The notes under the pieces are model-generated. The model saw only the letters and a program-made list of their open reading frames with translations, had not been told where the DNA came from and made no database searches. This document shows, in pieces, positions 30,917-40,848 of a stretch of DNA of 64,000 bases. The stretch's first letter is position 1, and the number at the start of each line of letters is the position of its first letter. Location of the stretch: assembly GCA_963748625.1 (NCBI GenBank), contig CAVVJT010000004.1, positions 608,001-672,000 on the forward strand. Reading direction: 5' to 3'. Origin of the DNA: an uncultured Chloroflexia bacterium. GTDB taxonomy: Bacteria > Chloroflexota > Limnocylindria > Limnocylindrales > CSP1-4. The position numbers and the translations under genes are program-made.

Positions 30917-31600
30917 TCACCCGAGGATGCCGAGCCCATCAAGCGCCTTGGCGAGGAACCACGTGCCGAACACCAGTCCGAGCACGATCATGATCGTCCG
31001 GTTGTAGCGCTGCAGGAGCCCGGTGATCCGGTCCAGCACGGCCGCCGAGCGATCCGGCAGCGCATAGGCGACCCCGAGCACCATCAGGTGGATCGACTCG
31101 GTCAGGGCGACGAACAGGATGAAGGTCATGACGGCCGGCCCGGTGGCCAGTCCCGCAGCACCGATCGCCGCGATGGCGCCGAGCGTGAAGACCCAGAACT
31201 TGACGCCGATCGCGAGCATGCCGACACCCAGGAAGTAGGCCTTCCCCGGCCGGATCCCATCGATCATCGCCATCCACTTTGGCGGCGGCGCGTCCTCGTC
31301 AGGATGCTTGAGCAGCTGCTTGACTGCCGTGACGTAGAACACGATCGCAAGCACGAGCAGCAGCAGGGACACGGCCGTGTCCGGTCCATCGGATGTCGCA
31401 CCGGTGCTGGTCGCGCCGCCGAGCAGGAGCCCGAACACCAGGCCCTGCACCAGGCGGACGGTGGTCATCCCGGCGACCCAGGCGACCGCGGTGATCCGGC
31501 CCGCGCCGGAGCGGAGCAGCAGGACCGTGATGATGATCTGGATCGGGACCAGCGCGCCGCCCACGATCAGCGGAATGAGCGAGGTCCAGAGGTCGGTCAT
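30917..31600 (-). CDS. GAP/Sap family (glycolipid-addressing) membrane protein
   Basis: Six TMs, ALVPIQIII..LLL, PPPKWM, LQRYNR. Confidence 0.8.
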   Translation of the reverse strand: MTDLWTSLIPLIVGGALVPIQIIITVLLLRSGAGRITAVAWVAGMTTVRLVQGLVFGLLLGGATSTGATSDGPDTAVSLLLLVLAIVFYVTAVKQLLKHPDEDAPPPKWMAMIDGIRPGKAYFLGVGMLAIGVKFWVFTLGAIAAIGAAGLATGPAVMTFILFVALTESIHLMVLGVAYALPDRSAAVLDRITGLLQRYNRTIMIVLGLVFGTWFLAKALDGLGILG

Positions 31601-31614
31601 GGGAGCACGGGATC

Positions 31615-33963
31615 CTACTCGGCCGCGAGCGCGGCACGCGCCTGCCCGTCGTGGACCGCCGCCCGCTGCGCGGCGTCCAGTTCCGGGTGGAGGTCGATGT
31701 CGATCCGCTCGATCGTGCCCGTGAACGGGAAGCGGTGCGGGTACGGCCCCACGGGCGCACCCGTGTCCACTCCCACGTCGAGCGTCTCGCCGCTCATCGA
31801 GAACAGGAACGGGACGGTCCGATCCAGGCGGCCGGTCGCGACCTCGGCGCCGTCCACGGTGAGCCGAACCGCTCCGCCCTTGCCCAGCCCGCCACCGTCG
31901 TAGTCGAAGGTGACGCCGATCTCGACATCGCCGGGAGGGAGCGGCTCCGCACCCGCGATGCGGGTCAGGATCCGGCCGTAGAGGTTGTAGTAGTAGACGG
32001 GTCGCCCATCCTCGACGTAGAGCGACCAGCCGGCCATGTTGCCGCCCTGGCAGATGACCACGCCAGTCGCACCACCCTCCGGGATCACGACCTTGGCCCG
32101 GAGGTCGAATGACGTGTTCTTGAGGCTTACGGACGCGAGCTCGGGCAGGCGGACGTGGTCGCGGTGCAGGGTGAAGCTCGTCTTCCCCTCGAGCAGGCTG
32201 GGCCGGTTGTGCGGAAGCGCCCGAAGGGTCGTCTGGTCGCTGAGGGGATAGACGCCAAAGGTCCGTGCCTCGCGGTCGAAGATGCCCTTGAGCTCTTGGA
32301 GCTTCTCGGGGAAGCGCGCGGCGACGTCGTGCGCCTCGCTGAAGTCGTCATCGACCCGGTAGAGCTCCCAGCGCTCGCCCTCCCCGAAGTCCAGCGCCTG
32401 CGACCGCGTCCAGGGCAGACGGCCGTGGAAGCAGGCGGCCACCCATCCCTCGTGGTAGACCGCCCGGTTGCCCAGGATTTCGAAGTACTGCGTGGTCCGG
32501 CGGCTCGGGATGGCGGCGTCCTCGAACGAGTAGCGCATGCTCACGCCCTGGATCGGCTGCTGCACGGTTCCGTTGACCACCGCCGGCTCCCCGATGCCGG
32601 CGACATCGAGGATCGTGGGCACGAGATCGATCACGTGGTGGAACTGCGACCGGAGCTCGCCCCGGGCTGCCATGCCGGCGGGCCATGAGACGGCCATGCC
32701 GTTGCGGGAGCCGCCGAAGTGCGAGGCGACCTGCTTCATCCACTGGAAGGGCGCGTCGAGCGCCCACGCCCAGGCGACGTTGAAGTGGTTCTCGCAGCGG
32801 GCCGACCCGAAGTCCTCGATGTGCTCCAGGAGCCAGTCAGGGTCCTCTGGCTCCCCGTTCTGGAACGACGGCGAACTCCATGCCCCGTGGAGCGTCCCCT
32901 CCCCCGACGCACCGTTGTCGCCCATGAGGTAGACGACCATGGTGTTGTCGGCCTGGCCCAGCTCATCGAGGCTGTCGAGGAGACGCATCACCTGGGCATC
33001 CGTGTGGGCGAGGAACCCCGCGTAGACCTCCATCAGGCGGCGCGCCACCGGCTTGTAGCGATCCGGGTACTCGTCCCATGACGGGATCTGCTCCGGGCGG
33101 GGCGTCAGCGCGGTGCCCGGCGGGATGACGCCACGCTCCAGCTGGCGGGCGTGGATCTCCTCGCGCAGCGCGTCCCAGCCGGCGTCGAACCGGCCCTTGA
33201 ACCGCTCGATCCACTCCGGCCACACGTGGTGCGGGGCGTGCGTCGCGCCGGGCGAGAAGTAGACGAAGAACGGCTTGTCGGGCGCGGCTGCCTTCTGGAG
33301 CCGCATCCACTCGATGGTCCTGTCCGCCAGGTCCTCGGTGAGATGGTAGTCGTCGCGGCCGACGTAGGGCTCGACCGGAGTTGTCTGGTCGTAGAGCGCC
33401 GGCTCCCACTGCGACGCCTCGCCGCCGAGAAAGCCGTAGAAGCGCTCGAACCCGAGGCCGGTGGGCCAGCGATCGAAGGGTCCCGCCGGACTCGTCTCCC
33501 ACATCGGCGTGACGTGCGCCTTGCCGAACATCGCCGTGCTGTACCCGTTGAGCCGGAGGATCTCGGCGACGGTCGCGGTGCTGCGCGGGATGATCCCGTC
33601 GTAGCCGGGGAAACCGTAGGCGATCTCTGAGATGCCGCCCATGTGGGCGCTATGGTGGTTGCGGCCGGTGAGCAGGGCGGCTCGTGTCGGCGAGCAGAGC
33701 GCCGTCGTGTGGAACCGGTTGTAGGTGAGGCCCCTGGCGGCCACACGGTCGAGTGCGGGCGTCGGGACCGGGCCGCCGAAGGTGCTTGCAGCCCCGAACC
33801 CGACGTCGTCGAACATCACGACGACGACATTCGGGGCACCCGATGGCGCGCGTTCGATCTCCGGGCGCGACGGCGTCGATCCGGTCGCCAGCTCGGCGAT
33901 GACCCCACCGAAGGGTCGCTCCGGGTGCGGGAGGGGTCGTGTGGAGCTCTCGGTGGCCGTCAT
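31615..33963 (-). CDS. Arylsulfatase (formylglycine-dependent, cytoplasmic AtsA/B/D type)
   Basis: PNVVVVMFDDVGFG, LCSPTRAALLTGRNHH (CxPxR), TQYFE, C-terminal LamG-like domain. Confidence 0.95.
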   Translation of the reverse strand: MTATESSTRPLPHPERPFGGVIAELATGSTPSRPEIERAPSGAPNVVVVMFDDVGFGAASTFGGPVPTPALDRVAARGLTYNRFHTTALCSPTRAALLTGRNHHSAHMGGISEIAYGFPGYDGIIPRSTATVAEILRLNGYSTAMFGKAHVTPMWETSPAGPFDRWPTGLGFERFYGFLGGEASQWEPALYDQTTPVEPYVGRDDYHLTEDLADRTIEWMRLQKAAAPDKPFFVYFSPGATHAPHHVWPEWIERFKGRFDAGWDALREEIHARQLERGVIPPGTALTPRPEQIPSWDEYPDRYKPVARRLMEVYAGFLAHTDAQVMRLLDSLDELGQADNTMVVYLMGDNGASGEGTLHGAWSSPSFQNGEPEDPDWLLEHIEDFGSARCENHFNVAWAWALDAPFQWMKQVASHFGGSRNGMAVSWPAGMAARGELRSQFHHVIDLVPTILDVAGIGEPAVVNGTVQQPIQGVSMRYSFEDAAIPSRRTTQYFEILGNRAVYHEGWVAACFHGRLPWTRSQALDFGEGERWELYRVDDDFSEAHDVAARFPEKLQELKGIFDREARTFGVYPLSDQTTLRALPHNRPSLLEGKTSFTLHRDHVRLPELASVSLKNTSFDLRAKVVIPEGGATGVVICQGGNMAGWSLYVEDGRPVYYYNLYGRILTRIAGAEPLPPGDVEIGVTFDYDGGGLGKGGAVRLTVDGAEVATGRLDRTVPFLFSMSGETLDVGVDTGAPVGPYPHRFPFTGTIERIDIDLHPELDAAQRAAVHDGQARAALAAE

Positions 33964-34154
33964 GGTTCCCTCCGCGCACAGCGAGTTCCCAGCCGGCAGG
34001 CGCCCTCGGGTCACGCCCATTGTCGCCCATCGCACGCACGTCCCGGTCCCACGCAGGCGTGCCAGGTGCACGTCGCGCGCGCTGTACCCTACGCGCGAGG
34101 CCGGACCTGCGGCGCGCACGACCTCTCCAGTCACCGCCAGGTGATGCCGGATGG

Positions 34155-35768
34155 GTGCGCGGCCGGCCGAGAGTCCAAGCGTTGCGCAAGCCGCCCATCC
34201 CTTCAGTCATCGCGGAGCTGTTCGACGTGCCCGTCGCTCGCAACGGGCTGATCGCAGGAACGCTCGCGCTCGTGGCGGCCGCCCTCGATCCCAAGGTCTG
34301 GAGCGCATCCCTGCCCACGATCCAGGCCGTGATCCGGGAGCGCCCGAGCGTCGAGTCGCTTGTCCTCCTTGCGGCCATTGGGGGTGCTGCGCTTCTCCTC
34401 GTCGGCGGCGCCGTTGGGGACACGGTTCGCGCACGGCGGGTGATCGTAGGCGGGCTGGCCGTGGAGCTGGCTGCGGCGATTGTGAGCATGCTCGTTCCGT
34501 CGGGGCCGCTGTTCGTCGCATCAAGGTTCGTCGGCCACGGAGCGGCGGCGTTCGTCATCCCGGCATCACTGGCACTGGTCGCGCTGAGCTACAAGGGCAT
34601 CCCGCGCGCCACGGCGATCGGCCTCGCCTACGGTGCCTACAGCGGTGCAGCCGCCGTGGCCCCGATCCTCCTCCAGCTGGCGCCGGGGCTCCGGGCTCCG
34701 GCCTTCATCGCCGCCATCGTGGCGTGCTTCGTCGCGCTGTGGCTCGTTCGCTCGCGGATCCCGGACCTTCCGCGACCGACGCTGCCCGAACGGCCATACG
34801 TGGTCAGGACGGCCGTCTGGGCCTTCGGTGTCATCTCCCTCACCGTCGGCCTCACCTGGGTGGGCGCAGGCTGGGACAACCCGCTGCGCGTGGGCTTGGT
34901 GCTCAGTGGCATCGCCATCGTTGGCCTCGCCCTCCTGCGCGACCGCGCTCGATCCGGCTCCGGTCATCCGGGGGTCCGCATCGAGCGACGGCCGGTCGCG
35001 ATCGCCGTCGTCATCGGGGTGATCCTCGGGATCGCGCAGACGGCGCCGATGCTCGAGCTGCCGCGCTACTTCCAGCTCGTCCTCCGCTACAACCCGGTGC
35101 TCGCGGTCGTCGCGCTGGCACCGTTGTTCGGGGCGCTCGTCGTGGCGGGTCCTGCCGCGGGGTTCCTGCTGGCCCGCTGGTCACCTCGGCGGCTCGTCGG
35201 CGCGGGAGCGATCGTGGTGGGTGTCGGGAACCTGCTCCTGGCGCTCGTTGTCGCGACGGCGTCGGGCTACCTGCTGTTCATCGTCCCGTGCTTCCTGATC
35301 GGGGCCGGCTTCGTCGTGGCAACCACCGTGCGGACGGCCATCATCTTCGCCAGTGTCCCGCGCGGGCTGCCAGCCACGGCAGCAGCGCTGAACGAGGCTT
35401 CGATCTCGGTCGGCAACCGGATCGGCATCGTGATCGTCACGGCGATCGTCGCCGAGGTCGCGCTCGCATCCTATTCGAGCAGCGTGGTCGGGCTGCCGAC
35501 GGCCGAGGGCCAGCAGGCCATCGCGGCGTTCCGGGATGTCCTCGTCGCGGTCGGGACGCCGTCGTTCGTCGCAGCGTCGGATGCGGTCGCGTCCGTGGAT
35601 GCGTCGTCATACATGCAGGCGTACGCCTCGGGCGTGAGCGCCGCACTCGCCCTGAGCGGCATCGTGGTGGTCATCGGCGGCGCCGTCGCGTGGCTCGCCC
35701 TGGGCCACCGGGACCCCCTGGCGACCGTGTACGAGCATCGTGACGAGCGGGTCGTGACGGCGGGCTGA
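34155..35768 (+). CDS. MFS transporter (14-TM DHA2-like)
   Basis: About 14 hydrophobic segments; GGAVGDTVRARR motif A variant; start uncertain. Confidence 0.8.
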   Translation: MRGRPRVQALRKPPIPSVIAELFDVPVARNGLIAGTLALVAAALDPKVWSASLPTIQAVIRERPSVESLVLLAAIGGAALLLVGGAVGDTVRARRVIVGGLAVELAAAIVSMLVPSGPLFVASRFVGHGAAAFVIPASLALVALSYKGIPRATAIGLAYGAYSGAAAVAPILLQLAPGLRAPAFIAAIVACFVALWLVRSRIPDLPRPTLPERPYVVRTAVWAFGVISLTVGLTWVGAGWDNPLRVGLVLSGIAIVGLALLRDRARSGSGHPGVRIERRPVAIAVVIGVILGIAQTAPMLELPRYFQLVLRYNPVLAVVALAPLFGALVVAGPAAGFLLARWSPRRLVGAGAIVVGVGNLLLALVVATASGYLLFIVPCFLIGAGFVVATTVRTAIIFASVPRGLPATAAALNEASISVGNRIGIVIVTAIVAEVALASYSSSVVGLPTAEGQQAIAAFRDVLVAVGTPSFVAASDAVASVDASSYMQAYASGVSAALALSGIVVVIGGAVAWLALGHRDPLATVYEHRDERVVTAG

Positions 35769-35904
35769 CCAGGGCCTTCGATCGGCGGCGGGATACCGAT
35801 CCGGCGTGAGAAGCCGCGACACGCGCGCCCCGGACATGCAGCCGCGCCGGGGTCCTTGCGGAACCCGGCGCGGCTGAGAGGCTCGGGGATCGCTGCCCGT
35901 TGCG

Positions 35905-36603
35905 TTACGCGACGGCGGGGACCGTCGAGTGCTTGGTGACCTTGCTGGTCTCGGTCTCGGCGACCGGGCGAGCGGCCCAGACCACGCCCAGGCCGAGCAG
36001 GATGAGCGTTGCGCCGAGGGCCGCGGCGATGGCCGCGATCCCGAGGCCGACCTGGAGGGTCGAGGCGGTGACGCTGCCGACACCGAGCTCGGCGATGAGC
36101 GCATGGGCCGTGCCGGTCCAGGCCTGCTCGCGCACCTTGGCGTCGAGCGGGTTGGTGCGGTCGAACCCGCTCCAGTAGCGGCCGGCCACCGGGACCTCGT
36201 AGGAGCCTGCCGCGAAGACCTCGCCGGCATCCGTCGTGACGGTTTCGTCAAGGACGACCGTCTGCGTGCCGTTGAGGGTGTGGTAGGCGATCGTCGCCAT
36301 CTGGAACATGTACTCGGACGCGGTGTTCACGACAGGGTCGTTGGGGTTGAGCTCGGCGGTGTTGACCGCGTAGCCCCAGTCGTTGGCGAGGAGGCCCATG
36401 ATCGCGGCCGCGCCCTCGGGCTCGCCGCGGTCCGTGAGCTGGCCCTGGTCGTTGTACGTGAGCTTGACGTTCTGAGCGGCGCTGAAGGCGGCGAGGGCGG
36501 TGGCGCCCTCCTGGGTCTTGACGTAGGTGTAGCCGCCGACGCCCGCAAAGACGAGACCGGCGAGGACGAGGCCGATGCCGACGACCTTGAAGCGGGAATA
36601 CAT
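35905..36603 (-). CDS. Hypothetical membrane protein with N- and C-terminal TMs
   Basis: MYSRFKVVGIGLVLAG...; strong GC3 codon bias; GGAAGG RBS. Confidence 0.8.
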   Translation of the reverse strand: MYSRFKVVGIGLVLAGLVFAGVGGYTYVKTQEGATALAAFSAAQNVKLTYNDQGQLTDRGEPEGAAAIMGLLANDWGYAVNTAELNPNDPVVNTASEYMFQMATIAYHTLNGTQTVVLDETVTTDAGEVFAAGSYEVPVAGRYWSGFDRTNPLDAKVREQAWTGTAHALIAELGVGSVTASTLQVGLGIAAIAAALGATLILLGLGVVWAARPVAETETSKVTKHSTVPAVA

Positions 36604-36864
36604 GGGACGCTGATCCTTCCTGGAGAACCCATCCGCTTGGGGACGCGGGGGGCGGGACGACTGGACTGGGTGCTCTGGATGCTCCGGACGCACCCGGTGA
36701 GGCCGCGGACCTCGGGGTGCGTTCGATGTCGTCATGGTGCGCCGCGTCGTGGGTCTGCCACCGCGGCCGACCGGCCCGGATGGACGGGCCGTTCTGGCGA
36801 TGTTGGGGTTCCAACGGCATGGTTATGACGGGCCGGGTGGCCCCCAGCGAATCACGGAGCCCCG

Positions 36865-36894
36865 TTGACGCGCCCTCTGTCGCAGCGTTACTCT
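36865..36894 (+). promoter_or_regulatory. sigma70-type promoter of the TA operon
   Basis: TTGACG-18 bp-TACTCT, then AGGAGG RBS. Confidence 0.6.
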
Positions 36895-36919
36895 GACCTC
36901 GCAACAGGAGGCCAGTGGA

Positions 36920-37552
36920 ATGACAGCCCAGCGAGCACCCGACCGTCGCCGCACGCGCGCGGAAGAGGCTGCCGTCGCGCGGTTCGTGGGTGCGCTCGGC
37001 GTGGCGATGGACGTGGAGGTGTTCGAGCGGACCTTCCATGCCATCTACCGCGCCACGGAGGCCAGCCCGGACCCTGCCGATGCGGCGGCCGAGTTCGCTG
37101 CTGCGGAGCGCGACGTGCTGCTGCACATGGGCGCGAACTTCGCTCCGCTCCCCTCTGACGTCCCCGATCCGGTCGAGCTGACACGCGTCGCCTACGCGGC
37201 CCTCGTCCTGGACAGCCTGACGCCGGAGCAGGTGGCGGCGAACCTCGGGCGCACGGTCTCGCGCATCCACCAGCGCACCCGTGAGCGCTCGTTGTGGTCC
37301 ATCCCCACCGACACCGGTGCGCGGTGCCCACGCGTCCAGTTCGAGGAGGACGGGGGCGAGATCGACGGCATGGGCCTGGTGCTCCGCGCCCTGCCACCGG
37401 ACCTGCACCCGATCGCCGAGCTGCGCTGGCTGACGCTGCCGAAGACGGACCTGCGTCTCGACGGCACGCCCGTGTCGCCGCGCGACTGGCTGCGTGCCGG
37501 CGGCCAGGCCGAGGAAGCGATCGCGCTCGCCGAAGACCTGCACGTCGGCTAG
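36920..37552 (+). CDS. Putative antitoxin (HTH plus MbcA/Xre-like C-terminus)
   Basis: LTPEQVAANLG..SRIHQR HTH; LHP...WL.....L......SPRDWL; upstream of a RES gene. Confidence 0.75.
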   Translation: MTAQRAPDRRRTRAEEAAVARFVGALGVAMDVEVFERTFHAIYRATEASPDPADAAAEFAAAERDVLLHMGANFAPLPSDVPDPVELTRVAYAALVLDSLTPEQVAANLGRTVSRIHQRTRERSLWSIPTDTGARCPRVQFEEDGGEIDGMGLVLRALPPDLHPIAELRWLTLPKTDLRLDGTPVSPRDWLRAGGQAEEAIALAEDLHVG

Positions 37553-37554
37553 GC

Positions 37555-38286
37555 GTGGCCCGCCTGCCCCGGTCGCCGCACGAGCGCCCCCTCCTCGCCC
37601 CGGACCCGGCGCTCGGCGAGATCACCGTCCTGCCCGCCGGGACGATCCTCACCCGCATCTACTTCTCGGGCGGGGCCCATCCGGGCGACTGGAACACGTT
37701 CCGGACGTGGGGGCCGACCTCCGCACGCTTCGACCACCAGGTTCCGCCACCGCACGAGCAGCCCGATCGCGGGATCCTGTACGCCGGGTCCGACATCACG
37801 ACCGCCTGCGGCGAGGTCTTCCAGGACAGCGGCTTCATCGACGTCACGAGCGGTGACCCCTATCTCGTCGGGTTCCACCTGCGCCGGGATGTGCGGCTGC
37901 TCTCGCTGCGCTCGAACTGGCCGACGCGAGCAGGCGCGAGCCAGGCCCTCGCATCGGGCATCCACGCCAGCGGACGGGGATGGAGCATCGCGATCTGGGA
38001 GGACCTCACGGACATCGAGGGGATCGAGTTCGACTCGGCGATGAACCGGGGAGGCATCAACTACGCCCTGTACGAGCGCGCGCAGGACGCGCTGGAGTCC
38101 TCGCCCGCGAGCAACAACCCGCTCGTGCACCGCGGTCTTCGGGACCCGCTCCGCAACGCCGCCGTCGCACTCAACTACGGGCTCGGCTTCCCGGCGGTTC
38201 CGGGAGCGGGTGGCGTCAGCATCCTTCGCGTGGCGCGGGCGGCCTCGGGCGCAGCGTCCCGCCCTCGGCCGCGCCGCGTCCGCTAG
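37555..38286 (+). CDS. RES domain toxin (putative NAD+ phosphorylase/ART fold)
   Basis: FRTWGPTSARFDH, GILYAG, EVFQ, GIEFDS (R-E-S residues). Confidence 0.85.
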   Translation: MARLPRSPHERPLLAPDPALGEITVLPAGTILTRIYFSGGAHPGDWNTFRTWGPTSARFDHQVPPPHEQPDRGILYAGSDITTACGEVFQDSGFIDVTSGDPYLVGFHLRRDVRLLSLRSNWPTRAGASQALASGIHASGRGWSIAIWEDLTDIEGIEFDSAMNRGGINYALYERAQDALESSPASNNPLVHRGLRDPLRNAAVALNYGLGFPAVPGAGGVSILRVARAASGAASRPRPRRVR

Positions 38287-38356
38287 GCGCCCGCCTGCCC
38301 GTCTCCCGCACCCCGGCCCCGCTTCCCGTCTCCGGTCCTGACTCCCGCTTCTGGTC

Positions 38357-38459
38357 CACGTGGGGGGCGTTTCGGCTCGTTGTGAGCGTGCCGTGCGTGC
38401 GGAAGTCGACCTTTGGGCCCCAGTGCGTGCGTGAGCCATCCGGATTCGCCCCCCACGTG
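38357..38459. repeat. 103-bp element bounded by perfect 13-bp inverted repeats (REP- or MITE-like)
   Basis: cacgtggggggcg ... cgccccccacgtg. Confidence 0.55.
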
Positions 38460-38568
38460 GGGCGCCATGCGGGTCCCTGTGAGAAGCACTGGCGCCGCGC
38501 CGCGAGGCCGACGTACTCGCCGCGCCGCCGTCGACTCACCGGGTGCCCGTCAGCTCGCCGGGTGCCCG

Positions 38569-39489
38569 TCAGCTCGCGAGATCGGCCAGCCACTCGTCGA
38601 TGACAGCCCGGAAGCGGCCCGGCGCTTCGTACTGCGGCAGATGCCCGATGCCATCCAGCTCCACGAGGCGCGCGCCGGGGATGGCCGCGGCAAGCGCCCG
38701 GTTCCAAACAGGCCCGCAGATCCAGTCGTGCTCTCCAGCGATGACCAGTGTCGGACAGCGGACCTCGGCCAGCAGCGGCCGCCAGTCGATCTCCTCGCGC
38801 CACCCTGACCATGCCTCAGCGATCGGGAGATGCCACCGCTGCTCGCGCCCGACGCGGTCGATGTGCGCCTGCGCTACCGGATGGTCCGGCTCGGCGAAGT
38901 AGAACGGCAGGTGGCGCCAGAACCCGTCGGCCATCGCCTGCTCGGTGGCGGGCGTGGCGGTGAGGGCCTCGCACCAGGACTGCCACGCATCGTCGAACCA
39001 GGGCCGATCCCGGAGACGGTCGAGGGCGGTATCCCGCTCGGCCTCCCAGGTCGCCTTCGGGACGGACCCGCCACCGGCATAGCCGGACACGACGATCAGG
39101 CGCGCCACGGCATCCGGATACAGCGCGGCCCACGCGGGCGCCACGAGCCCTCCCCACGAGTTGCCCATCAAGGTCACGCGCCCCAAGCCGATCCTCTGCC
39201 GCCACGCCTCGAAGAACTCGACGACACACTCCAGGCCGTAGCCGGTCGGGCCGGTGGGAGCCGACGAGCGCCCGGAACCCGGCGCGTTGACGAGGTGGCA
39301 GGTGAACCGGTCGAGCACCGGTGCGACATCCGCCCTCGCGAGGTGCGCGGGAAGGCCGGGGCCGCCCTCCACCCAGACCAGCGGGTCACCCGACCCGATC
39401 GCCTCCCACTCGACCGTCCGCCCGTCAGCGAGGGTCGCCACGCTGGCGAGCTCGATGTCAGGGAGCGGTGCGTGCCGGCGCGTGTCCAC
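38569..39489 (-). CDS. Alpha/beta hydrolase (proline iminopeptidase-like)
   Basis: EGGPG, GNSWGG nucleophile elbow, GEHD, GHLPQYE. Confidence 0.9.
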   Translation of the reverse strand: MDTRRHAPLPDIELASVATLADGRTVEWEAIGSGDPLVWVEGGPGLPAHLARADVAPVLDRFTCHLVNAPGSGRSSAPTGPTGYGLECVVEFFEAWRQRIGLGRVTLMGNSWGGLVAPAWAALYPDAVARLIVVSGYAGGGSVPKATWEAERDTALDRLRDRPWFDDAWQSWCEALTATPATEQAMADGFWRHLPFYFAEPDHPVAQAHIDRVGREQRWHLPIAEAWSGWREEIDWRPLLAEVRCPTLVIAGEHDWICGPVWNRALAAAIPGARLVELDGIGHLPQYEAPGRFRAVIDEWLADLAS

Positions 39490-39787
39490 GGCCTGCCTCC
39501 CGCGAGGCCCAGGTCGTGACGAGGACCATCGCACTCCTTCCGACCGCTGGTGCGACCGGCGCCCGAACCCTAGGCACGCGAGCCGGCCTGTCGCCAGTGG
39601 CGTCCCGCATGCGGTTCCTGGTCCAACGGCTCATCAGCCGATCGCCGTCCGGACCGGGTCGGTGACTCCTCGACTGCGGGGGCGAGAGCGTGGACCACCA
39701 TCCTCGTGTCCCGATCCACTGTTCGCCCGCGGGTTGCGGACGGCCTGCCGGAACGTCCTCGCTGCCCCGTCGGGGGCCGGCCTCGTC

Positions 39788-40804
39788 TCAGGCGGCGACC
39801 ACTGCCACCAGCAGGCCGCCGAGCCGTGCCTCACTGCGCACCACCGTGAAACCGGCGGCCCGCAGCGACGCGAGGACATCGTGGTCGAGCCGGCAGCCCC
39901 CGCTCGCCCTTGCCCACGCGGGCGCCAGGCGGTCCTGGAGCGCAGCGACGGCAGCCGGTCGCGCCCGGGCATGCTCCAGCAGCCGGACGGTGCCCCCGGG
40001 GCGGAGCACGCGACGGACCTCGCGCAGGGTGCCGGCCACGTCGCCGACGGAGCACAACGTGAAGGTGGCGACGACGTGGTCGAAGGAGTCGTCGGCGAAG
40101 GGGAGGTCGGCGGCATCGCCCTCGACCAGCTCGATCTCCAGGCCGTGGCGGAGTGCCCGCTCCGCAGCGAGCGACATGGCCGACGGACTGATGTCGAGGC
40201 CGTGCAGGCGGGCATCCGCCGGGTACGCGAGCAGGTTGACGCCGGTGCCCACACCGATCTCGAGCACGTCGCCGGTCGCCTCCCGGGCAAGCCGATGCCG
40301 GTGATGGCGCAGGCCAAGGCGGTCCCCGGTCCGCATCAGCCCGTCGAGGAAGCGGGCAGCGCCCGGATCCGCCACCTGGAGCGCCGGATCAAGCGGTGGA
40401 TGCTGGCGTGCCCACCTGTTGCCGCCGAGGTTGGCGAGCTCCATGAACATCGCCGCAGCGACCAGCTCACGCCGATGACGCGTCCGGAACCCGCGCGGCG
40501 GGTCTGCCGTGGGGCCATCGACGGCCAGGCGCTCGCCGAACGCCCAGGCCTCGGCCTCGGCCGGCGACATGGCATCGACCCGCAGGCCGACGGCTCCCGC
40601 CCAGCGATCATGGACGGCCTCGCAGGCCTCGCAGCGGTTGACGGATGTCACGCCCAGCATCGCCGCCTCACGCACGGACGGCGCCACACGGCCGGGCAGC
40701 AGGAACGCCGTGAGCAGGTCGGGGAAGCGGCGCCCGAGCGGCGGCAGCCAGCGGCGCAGGGCCGCGGTGGTGAGGACAGGGCGGACAGGAGGAAGGAGGT
40801 GCAT
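39788..40804 (-). CDS. AhpD/CMD-like domain fused to a class I SAM methyltransferase
   Basis: REAAMLGVTSVNRCEACEAVH; VLEIGVGTG, LPFADDSFD, LCSV, RVLRPGG, LEH. Confidence 0.85.
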   Translation of the reverse strand: MHLLPPVRPVLTTAALRRWLPPLGRRFPDLLTAFLLPGRVAPSVREAAMLGVTSVNRCEACEAVHDRWAGAVGLRVDAMSPAEAEAWAFGERLAVDGPTADPPRGFRTRHRRELVAAAMFMELANLGGNRWARQHPPLDPALQVADPGAARFLDGLMRTGDRLGLRHHRHRLAREATGDVLEIGVGTGVNLLAYPADARLHGLDISPSAMSLAAERALRHGLEIELVEGDAADLPFADDSFDHVVATFTLCSVGDVAGTLREVRRVLRPGGTVRLLEHARARPAAVAALQDRLAPAWARASGGCRLDHDVLASLRAAGFTVVRSEARLGGLLVAVVAA

Positions 40805-40848
40805 GCGCTGGCGACCAGTCTGTGACGTTCTGAGGATGCGAGGCTACC

